64,000 bases of DNA, taken from positions 1,607 to 65,606 of the forward strand of contig CAZOJF010000001.1 of NCBI GenBank assembly GCA_964580085.1, given 5' to 3'. Numbering within the stretch: the stretch's first letter is position 1; each line of letters begins with the position of its first letter. Under the pieces are notes generated by a model. That model did no database searches. It was not told where the DNA came from and worked only from the letters and a program-made list of their open reading frames with translations. This DNA comes from an uncultured Candidatus Saccharibacteria bacterium (GTDB lineage: Bacteria > Patescibacteriota > Minisyncoccia > Minisyncoccales > CG1-02-41-26). Both the position numbers and the translations under genes were made by a program. Shown one piece after another: positions 56,770 through 64,000 of the stretch.

Positions 56770-58103
56770 TATTCCCGATGAGGGATAATTACTGCACTTT
56801 GAGGCAAATATTCTTCGCAATTTGCTGAGCCATAACATTTCTGATAAATAGTTGTTCCCTTTAAATTATCTACGTCTTCTGAAAACTGCTCAAAGGGTCG
56901 ACAATATCCTCTAAGAATATATTCCTCTTCGGTATTTAAAACAACTGTGACATTGGCATTAATCGCTAGGGAATTCCAAATTTCTAACCCCGATTCTTCT
57001 CGAGTAACCCCAGCAACAACGTCAATTAGCTCTTCTGGTGGAGATTCGTTCCCTTTTTGTTTGATTTCATCATAAAATATTACTTCGCCATGCATTTTTG
57101 CAGTTTTAAAAATGGCAATCGAAGAAATTTTACCTTTTATGTTATCATTATTATTAAAATTTGGCGTAGAAGAAAGCACAAAATCACATTTTCCTCTATC
57201 ATCTTTATTGAAATTAGGTTTTTCGAATAAAATTACATAATAAGAACCTAAGCCTGAAGGTTCTGAAGAGAGGTCATCCACAATTCTTAATGATTTAATT
57301 TCATTATCAAATTCTTCTTTAAAGCTTATTTGACTTGTTTGGATAAATTTTGGACGGGGTGGATTATTAAACTCTTTGTCATATCCTTCTTCTTTATAAA
57401 GATAAACTCCTGGCTCATGCCAGAGTAAAAACATTGAACCCACGTTACTCACGTCTTGTGTTGTGCTTGCCCCTGTATTTTTTATTTCTTCTCTTGCTTC
57501 TCCTTCTAAATTTTTCTCATCATAGATGTACACAGAACATAATTCGTCTTTATCGGGGTTAGCGTAACTAATATCTTCTGGTTTATCGCTTATAAATTCT
57601 ATATGGTCAACCTCAAAATATTCAGGGATACTATTGAATATTGGATCACTGTAAGGTATTTTCTCTCCTTCTTTATCTACTAAATATATGCCTGATAATG
57701 CTTTTACATCCGGGACATTTGGAATAAGTATTCCTTTATTAATAATCCCTATAACGAACCAAGCAGAAAGCAAAAGCATTAGTCCTAATATTGATTCCCA
57801 AATCCATTTTTTAGCATCGTTCATTGCTTCAGGATTGCCAACCGATGTTACATAGCGGAAACCTCCGTAAATTAAAATCGCAAAAGCAAGAATAGTTCCT
57901 ACAATCATAGCAAGGCTGAAAAAGTATACAGCGTATTCTGATATTGTGGTTGAAGTGGTTATTTCTATTCCGTTTATTGGTGGATATTTAACTTCTAGCC
58001 CTCTTTTTTCTACGTCATCAGCAGAAACAAAAAGGTTAAATGAAAAACATAAAAGCAAAATAAAAGATAAGAAAAATAAAAAATTTAATTTGTTTAATTT
58101 CAT
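56769..58103 (-). CDS. Paralogous pilin-like / crystallin-like fusion protein
   Basis: Same architecture as 55489-56769; FDNEIKSL, ILFEKPNF, ISSI, VIFYDE; TAATG overlap with the downstream gene. Confidence 0.65.
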   Translation of the reverse strand: MKLNKLNFLFFLSFILLLCFSFNLFVSADDVEKRGLEVKYPPINGIEITTSTTISEYAVYFFSLAMIVGTILAFAILIYGGFRYVTSVGNPEAMNDAKKWIWESILGLMLLLSAWFVIGIINKGILIPNVPDVKALSGIYLVDKEGEKIPYSDPIFNSIPEYFEVDHIEFISDKPEDISYANPDKDELCSVYIYDEKNLEGEAREEIKNTGASTTQDVSNVGSMFLLWHEPGVYLYKEEGYDKEFNNPPRPKFIQTSQISFKEEFDNEIKSLRIVDDLSSEPSGLGSYYVILFEKPNFNKDDRGKCDFVLSSTPNFNNNDNIKGKISSIAIFKTAKMHGEVIFYDEIKQKGNESPPEELIDVVAGVTREESGLEIWNSLAINANVTVVLNTEEEYILRGYCRPFEQFSEDVDNLKGTTIYQKCYGSANCEEYLPQSAVIIPHRE

Positions 58104-58131
58104 AATAACTAATTATTTATTATTTTATAAT

Positions 58132-59052
58132 CTAACTTCCTTCTATGCAGCAAAAGAAATTATACATTAAATCTCCGACTGCTTCCTGGCAGTCTAAACC
58201 GTCTTTGTTTTCCTTACATCTATTTCTTTGCTTTTCTTCTAGCCAATATTCACTATTATATGGGTAGCAAACTTGACTTGGGTCAGGCACAAGCTTGTCA
58301 AAGCATACTTCTTCTGGTTTTGAAATAAATTTATCAAATCCGGGCACAATAAGTAATTCAGCTAAACTTATTTTATCAAGAGCAATCATGCAGCTTAAAA
58401 GAGTAGCTGTTGCTCTCTTGTCTTCTAAAACTCTTGTGTATCCCATTAAGCAATTCTCCAATTTATTTCTAGAATCAGTGAGAGTTAAAATAAGTTTCCA
58501 TCTATTTAGGGGTTGATTTTTTTCTACCAAAGGACCTTCAGCATGAGCCAAATCATAAATATTCTCATCAGCCTTTATTATTTTTTTAAGATTATTTCTA
58601 ATTGCTGAAACAAAACCACGAGCTTTAGCCATAAGCTTGTTAAAGTTGTCACACCAACAAACTTTTACACAATTCTCACCGTCTTGATCGCAATCTTCTC
58701 TACATTCAATTTCACAATTTCCACATTTAAATTCCGTAGACATAGCAGTCAATTTATCGGCATTACTAATAGCGGCTTTAGTGTTTGATACTATTATATT
58801 AAGGTTTTTGAGTACTTCAGCCCCAAAAAACTCGGAGTAATCTACTAGTTCACCGATAGGTATCTTACCACTTTCAAAGCCGTTTTTTACTTCGGGGTCA
58901 ATTAAACATTTATATGTAATTTCTTGGATTAAGTCTTCTTCTTCTTGGGCGATAATATGTCTTTCTGATAAAAACAAAAAACCAAAAGACGTCAATACTA
59001 TCATAGTAGCGATCATAATAAAGTGTATTTTTAGAAATATATTTTTTTTCAT
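58132..59052 (-). CDS. Secreted Cys-rich protein, paralog of 42417-43142 (start MKKNIF)
   Basis: N-terminal TM/signal; KIPIGELVD; KCGNCEIECREDC; ends YNFFCC. Confidence 0.72.
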   Translation of the reverse strand: MKKNIFLKIHFIMIATMIVLTSFGFLFLSERHIIAQEEEDLIQEITYKCLIDPEVKNGFESGKIPIGELVDYSEFFGAEVLKNLNIIVSNTKAAISNADKLTAMSTEFKCGNCEIECREDCDQDGENCVKVCWCDNFNKLMAKARGFVSAIRNNLKKIIKADENIYDLAHAEGPLVEKNQPLNRWKLILTLTDSRNKLENCLMGYTRVLEDKRATATLLSCMIALDKISLAELLIVPGFDKFISKPEEVCFDKLVPDPSQVCYPYNSEYWLEEKQRNRCKENKDGLDCQEAVGDLMYNFFCCIEGS

Positions 59053-59054
59053 AA

Positions 59055-60323
59055 CTATTCTAAAAGTGAACAATAAAAAGTTGCTGGATTTCCATCAAAA
59101 ACAAAATATTCTTTTATGTCTTTTTTACCTGTTGCTTGTACTGTTGCTTGAGTTGTTGTTGCTCCACATAAACGCCATTTATCGTTTAATTCATATTTAA
59201 TACAAAATTTCTTTTTAGGATCGTCTTCAAATTTCCACTCTATACAATTAAACTCTATGCAATATTTTCTAATATCTACTCCATCGTATTCTTCTTTCTC
59301 AATATTTTTATTCTCTTGCCTAAATTCAAAAAATTTAACTAAATTAAACGGTGTTCCATATCGGCATTTATTTTTTAATATAGATTCCACTTCTCTTAGT
59401 CTGTCTAATTCTTTTTTGTATAGATTCCTCATCTTAGTTATTCTGGTTAACCCTAAGTCTAAATATAAATAATTAGGATCAGTATTTCCATCTCCATGAA
59501 GTAGTTTATCAATTTCTTTTATTTTTGCATCTATTTCACCTCTAGGACATGGGTCAGGACCAGTACAAGGAGCACAAGATTGAGCATTGGTACAATCGCA
59601 TTTACTACAACTACATTGTGCATAAAGTGCAACTAAATCTTCGGCTAAATCTATTAGTTCTTCTATTTTTATCTTTAAAGCTTTATCTAGACGAGCAACA
59701 CAATCAAAAAAGTCGTGATCTTTCATCATTTTTACTCCGCCTCCTCCTCCACCACTACCACAACAACATGGACAGCCAGCAGGAGGATCAGTCATGTTTC
59801 CTTCATCATTATAATTATAGCAGTCTATATTTTTAGCCAAAAGTTGCTCTACTATTGTTCCTACCGGTAGTTCTTGAAATGTTTTTTTATCAACGGTTAT
59901 ATTTATTGAAGGAGTTGTTGTACTGTTTCCTGTCAAGTCATTAAAACGTATTTTTAAAATATCAGGATTAATAGCATTTAAAATTAGATAAGAACAAAGT
60001 GCAATAATCAAACCTAAAATTCCGCTTAAAAGCCAATTTTTCCCCTCATTATGAGCGGTTGGAGAATTGCCGGAAGTCAGAAAGACAAAACCGCCATAAA
60101 TTAGGACGGCAAAGGAGGCTAAAGCAACAATAATTAAAGAGACCTGAAAAATATATTTTACATATTCTGGCAGAGTAGCATCGTCGCTTAATCCCGGTTG
60201 CCCTCCAATTGCAGGATAAGTGGTTTCTAACCCTGTATCATCTGCAAAAACAAAAGACAGCGATGAAAAAGAAAAAACGAGGAGCAATAAGAATAATATA
60301 AATTTAGATTGATTCAATTTCAT
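59055..60323 (-). CDS. VirB2/TrbC-like pilin hairpin fused to a Cys-rich coiled-coil domain (start MKLNQS)
   Basis: Pilin-like IYGGFVFLTSGN...SYLILNAINP; ELPVGTIVE; QCSCSKCDC; NPATFYC. Confidence 0.68.
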   Translation of the reverse strand: MKLNQSKFILFLLLLVFSFSSLSFVFADDTGLETTYPAIGGQPGLSDDATLPEYVKYIFQVSLIIVALASFAVLIYGGFVFLTSGNSPTAHNEGKNWLLSGILGLIIALCSYLILNAINPDILKIRFNDLTGNSTTTPSINITVDKKTFQELPVGTIVEQLLAKNIDCYNYNDEGNMTDPPAGCPCCCGSGGGGGGVKMMKDHDFFDCVARLDKALKIKIEELIDLAEDLVALYAQCSCSKCDCTNAQSCAPCTGPDPCPRGEIDAKIKEIDKLLHGDGNTDPNYLYLDLGLTRITKMRNLYKKELDRLREVESILKNKCRYGTPFNLVKFFEFRQENKNIEKEEYDGVDIRKYCIEFNCIEWKFEDDPKKKFCIKYELNDKWRLCGATTTQATVQATGKKDIKEYFVFDGNPATFYCSLLE

Positions 60324-60621
60324 GTTGTATTTATGATATTTTACCACAATATAAATTTAAATAAAACAAATTGATTTAATAAAAATAAATAAGCGTTTTA
60401 AAACTTAAAAGATAAATTAAAAAATAAACTGAACATAAAAAAGCAAAATTTATTTGCTCTTAACTTGGCTTTTAAACCTTTAAAATATTATTCTTATTAA
60501 ATTTCCAAGTAAAATAGAGATAATCTTTTCTAAAAATAATCTTATTTTAGAATTTTAATATCAAATTTTTCAGGGAAAAAGAAAATAAAGTTTTTAACTA
60601 AAAAAGAAGAGAAAATTTAAT

Positions 60622-61056
60622 TTATTCTTCAATAGATTCCCTATAAGTATCTTTTTCTGATATATTTTTTGGTTTTTCTTTAATTCTCTCGCTTTTGTTG
60701 ATCTTTGATCTAATTATTTTTCCGCTAGGAGATAATTCAGTTTCATATAAAGAACCCAACGCTTTTTTAACGGGATAGAAAATAAATCTATTAATTTCTA
60801 AAGAAACTTTTTTGGCTATTAAAGGTTCTATATTTATTTCTTTTTCTAAAAAATTCTGTAATTTATCGGGAGACAATAACCCCATTAAACTGTTTCCAAC
60901 TAATTTGGCGATTTTAGATCTTTTTTCTTCAATTTTATATTTTTCACAAATATCAGAAATTTTTTCTGCTGTTTCTTCAGAAAGAATAGCTTCTTTTAGT
61001 TTTTCAGGGAGGACTTCAAAAAGCTCTCTGAGTTGTTTTTGATTATACTCTATCAT
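60622..61056 (-). CDS. Hypothetical protein
   Basis: LPEKLKEAI...INRFIFYPVK...DTYRESIE; lies in the T4SS/pilin neighbourhood. Confidence 0.7.
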   Translation of the reverse strand: MIEYNQKQLRELFEVLPEKLKEAILSEETAEKISDICEKYKIEEKRSKIAKLVGNSLMGLLSPDKLQNFLEKEINIEPLIAKKVSLEINRFIFYPVKKALGSLYETELSPSGKIIRSKINKSERIKEKPKNISEKDTYRESIEE

Positions 61057-61121
61057 ATTTTTTTATTATTATTTAATAATACCACAAAATAAAATTAAAC
61101 AACAAACAATTAAAAATTAAT

Positions 61122-61150
61122 TTGACAAAACCAAAATCTTGTGCTATTAT
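61122..61150 (+). promoter_or_regulatory. Sigma70 promoter TTGACA-N17-TATTAT
   Basis: Has the extended -10 TG; upstream of the SPFH-like gene, which has an AGGAGG SD. Confidence 0.7.
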
Positions 61151-61212
61151 TCAAGTAGAAAATAAGCAGTAAATTAAAAATAAAAAATAAAGAAAAATAG
61201 GAGGTGTATAGA

Positions 61213-62493
61213 ATGCTTATTTGGTTTTTAGGAGTTATTGGGTGGATCGTAGGTACAATTATGGTTGGTCAGATTGTCTTCTGGGTGGGATTATTAATAA
61301 TATCAATTTTTTCACTTCTTCTCGTCTATTTTAATTTAGCCCCAAGAGATATGTGTTTTACTTTTGTAAAAGAAGGGACGGGGATAATAGTGATGAGAGG
61401 TGGCAAATTTGATAAAATAATAATCTCTTGGAAAGGATACATTATAGACTCAAATACTGGGAATATAATAAAAGTTCCGAATGCTAGAATAGAGCTTTTT
61501 GGAGGGCTTAAGTTTTATGGAATTTATCCTTTTCAAAAAATAGGACATTATCAGCAAAGATGGTCCCACTTGATTGAAGATGGGACAGTAAAAAAGCACG
61601 ATGAAGAGTTATACTATGTCTTACTGAAAACCGATTATTATGTTTTTGAACTGCCTATCACGGATAGCAATTCGGCAGAGGACATCAACGGGGTACCTAT
61701 CTATGTTAAGCTTGTCGTTCCTATAAGGGTTGTTAACCCTTATGAGGCAATTTTCCGTCCTCAGAGATGGTTAGCAGCAATAAGTGGGACAATTAAACCA
61801 GTCCTCAAACGTTTTGTAGCGAAATTTCGCTATAAAGAAGACTTGCTTGATATGCGGGCTGGAAAAGGCATAGAAGATATCCAAAAGGATAAAGGCATAA
61901 TCCAAAAGGATAAAGACATAACAGAGAGACAAGCTAATGGGGAAATTATTTCCGAGAATAAAATGGGAGATGATTTGAAAGTTCAGTTCTGGGAAGAGCT
62001 TAAAAAAGTTTTTCCAGAGGGGCAGATCCAAAAAGGAGGACAAGGCAACGAATGCCTTATAATTTATGGGACTTTACTCCAAAAAAAAGGAACAGACATT
62101 TTTGAGATAGATACGTCTGAGGAATACAAAAAAATGGTGACCGCAGAATACGAAGCAACTCAAAAAGCGAAAATGACTGTAATTGAAGGAGAAGCAAAAG
62201 GTAAAGCTACTACTAATAGAATTATAAGTCCTGTTTGGAACATTGCGAAACAACTAGCTGGGATTACAAAGCAAGATAGGAAATTAACTAGAAAAGAAAA
62301 ACAGAAAATTTCTTCCTATACACAAGAAGCATGGTCAAATTTCTTAGAAAATAAGTCTATTGAATCTATCAAGCCGACAGATAAAGTTATTGTAACCGAA
62401 GGCAAGGGAATTGGTCAAACAGTTGGCAGAGACACAGTAAGAGAAGAAGTTAGAAAGAAAATTTCTGAAAAAAATAGAAAAGTAGAAGAATAA
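61213..62493 (+). CDS. SPFH/band-7-like membrane protein
   Basis: N-terminal TMs, FTFVKEG..IIVMRGGKF, V..RVVNPY.A.F, EA..KA...EGEA coiled coil. Confidence 0.6.
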   Translation: MLIWFLGVIGWIVGTIMVGQIVFWVGLLIISIFSLLLVYFNLAPRDMCFTFVKEGTGIIVMRGGKFDKIIISWKGYIIDSNTGNIIKVPNARIELFGGLKFYGIYPFQKIGHYQQRWSHLIEDGTVKKHDEELYYVLLKTDYYVFELPITDSNSAEDINGVPIYVKLVVPIRVVNPYEAIFRPQRWLAAISGTIKPVLKRFVAKFRYKEDLLDMRAGKGIEDIQKDKGIIQKDKDITERQANGEIISENKMGDDLKVQFWEELKKVFPEGQIQKGGQGNECLIIYGTLLQKKGTDIFEIDTSEEYKKMVTAEYEATQKAKMTVIEGEAKGKATTNRIISPVWNIAKQLAGITKQDRKLTRKEKQKISSYTQEAWSNFLENKSIESIKPTDKVIVTEGKGIGQTVGRDTVREEVRKKISEKNRKVEE

Positions 62494-62506
62494 AATAAAT
62501 TAAGCA

Positions 62507-62536
62507 AAAAGGGGATGTTGTGCAACATCCCCTTTT
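62507..62536. terminator. Bidirectional intrinsic terminator
   Basis: AAAAGGGGATGTTG-tg-CAACATCCCCTTTT. Confidence 0.85.
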
Positions 62537-62552
62537 ATATATCTTTTTATTA

Positions 62553-64000
62553 TTAGATTATCTTGGATTCATCATCTTCTTCAACTTCTTCTTCCTCTTC
62601 TTTCTTTCCTGGAGAGAGGTTTTCACCTTTCGTTTTTTTTAATTTTTTCCATGCTCTCCTTCTACTAACCGGAGGAGTACCTTTATCTGGTTGATCCGGA
62701 TTTGTTGGTCCAGTATCTGTAGTCTCTTCATGCGATAAACCAGGCGTTTCTTTTCCATCTTGATTAAAATCAATCCCCAAGTTTTTCCCAGCATTATTAC
62801 TGATATATTTATGAGCGGCAGGAACATTCTCGCTGTAGTAAACTTCATTCGCCACATTATTTTTAAAGCTTTCAAAGAAATCATCTCCGAATTGTTTTGC
62901 CATTGCACTAATTTTAGATCCTTTTAAAGATTTGTGAAAAACTTCTGACTCTAGAGCAGTATTCATTGTCTGTTTGGACCATTTAGATATGTCTTTTTCA
63001 CTTGCAGTAGCTGCTAGTTTTTGAGATACGGTTTTGTATTTAATAATATCTTTTTCATCCATAAAAACTCCTGCTTCTTTAGCCAAATTATCTTCTATCT
63101 CTTTCCCAGTTTTACCGACTATTTTTTCGGCTATTTTTATTTCAGATTTGGCAAAAGTTTTAAATGAGCTTGGGAAGAGCTTAAGAGTGTCTCGCATTAT
63201 CTTTTCCTTATCTTTATCACCAAATCCAACTGCTTTTTCTATCTTATCAATATTCCCTTCTTCTATTATTGTTTGTAATGCTTGTATTCGTTTTGTAGCG
63301 CTAGGACTGTGTAATAAAACATTTTGTTCTTCAAAAGATTTTCCTTTTGCCAGCTCTTTTGCTTTCTGACCTTCTTCTCTCTCATGACGGGCGATATTGG
63401 CTGTCAATCCTCGTCCCGCATATCCTAATAGCCCTCCTCTTGCTTTTTTATTTTCTCCTCCCGTTCCTGTTTCATGTTTACCTATTCTCTTATTCATTAA
63501 TTTTTCGCCGATCCATTTTCTTGGTCTTCTTGTAGCTTTTTCTGCACCTGTCCCTGCTAATTTGGCTCCCCAAGGTATCGCTTTTCTAGCATTGGAAGTA
63601 ATGAAACTTGCCCCCATGGCTCCGGTTTGAAGAGATATAAAGAAGCCAGCGGCAAGGAAGGAGACAGGCACTATATAGCCCATTATTTTTCCCATTGAAC
63701 TCATTTCTCCTAGTAATTCACCCTGAAGCATTAGTCGAGTCATTTCATTCGCGAGATAAATAGTAAAAGCGGCTGGTATCCCGATAAAACACCATTGCAT
63801 AAATTGGCTAAGCCACATATTCCACATTTTTTTTGTACCTGGGAAAATATAACAAAAAAGAGCGAGAGGAGAAAGAATAACAAGCATCCAAAGAGCGATA
63901 TACCTGAAAAGAAAGAGAGCGGAGTAAAGAAGGAAAATAATCCCTGAAAAAAGACTAGACCCAACAAGAAGCAATCCTGTTGCCAGCATACCCGAAGGGC
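62553..64000 (-). CDS. VirB6/TrbL-like polytopic membrane protein with long soluble tail; 5' end outside the window
   Basis: RYIALWMLVILSPLALFCYIFP..KKMWNMW..F..W; Gly-rich segment after the TMs; acidic C-terminus. Confidence 0.65.
   Translation of the reverse strand, partial: PSGMLATGLLLVGSSLFSGIIFLLYSALFLFRYIALWMLVILSPLALFCYIFPGTKKMWNMWLSQFMQWCFIGIPAAFTIYLANEMTRLMLQGELLGEMSSMGKIMGYIVPVSFLAAGFFISLQTGAMGASFITSNARKAIPWGAKLAGTGAEKATRRPRKWIGEKLMNKRIGKHETGTGGENKKARGGLLGYAGRGLTANIARHEREEGQKAKELAKGKSFEEQNVLLHSPSATKRIQALQTIIEEGNIDKIEKAVGFGDKDKEKIMRDTLKLFPSSFKTFAKSEIKIAEKIVGKTGKEIEDNLAKEAGVFMDEKDIIKYKTVSQKLAATASEKDISKWSKQTMNTALESEVFHKSLKGSKISAMAKQFGDDFFESFKNNVANEVYYSENVPAAHKYISNNAGKNLGIDFNQDGKETPGLSHEETTDTGPTNPDQPDKGTPPVSRRRAWKKLKKTKGENLSPGKKEEEEEVEEDDESKII

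Noticed and set aside
56577-57995. Repeat pair as a DGR template/variable region
   Set aside because: No reverse transcriptase in the window, mismatches are not adenine-specific, and both copies are in N-terminal coding regions
2478-63967. Many short antisense ORFs in the track (e.g. 2478, 3547, 15647, 26267, 32470, 34567, 40398, 46840, 52165, 63034)
   Set aside because: Shadow frames opposite well-supported genes, with no recognisable motifs
1-64000. Recoded genetic code (UGA=Gly, as in Gracilibacteria/SR1); tRNA or rRNA genes
   Set aside because: Conserved genes are full length under code 11 and TGA ends smpB and tsaE; no tRNA or rRNA was recognised apart from the tRNA-like domain of tmRNA

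Overview
An AT-rich chromosomal segment from a Patescibacteria/CPR (Parcubacteria-like) genome, read with code 11 and centred on the replication origin (jag-yidC-yidD-rnpA-rpmH <- oriC -> dnaA-dnaN). Housekeeping content: glyS (partial), recO, ileS, argS, smpB with tmRNA, infC-rpmI-rplT, glmS, murE, rpsT, holA, PBP1a, yebC, pilB and tsaE. Main observations: (1) elp3 lies head-to-head, 5 bp apart, with a Trm9/ALKBH8-like methyltransferase, suggesting a eukaryote/archaea-type mcm5U34 tRNA pathway in a bacterium. (2) A T4SS-like system (PrgI, VirB4, VirB6-like, VirB2-like pilin fusions) sits in two blocks around oriC, with an unannotated family of Cys-rich coiled-coil 'stalk and knob' proteins and pilin/beta-gamma-crystallin-like fusions. 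(3) A 513-aa LAGLIDADG intein interrupts the active-site motif of an EndoQ-like PHP nuclease. (4) A ~125-nt 6S-like RNA and a degenerate SAM-I-like riboswitch occur in intergenic gaps. (5) IleRS2 has GVHH and ArgRS has TVAN in place of HIGH. (6) A modular PocR/HAMP/PAS-kinase/stand-alone receiver cluster and an AbiEii-type pair are present. All calls come from reading motifs by eye; no database searches were run.
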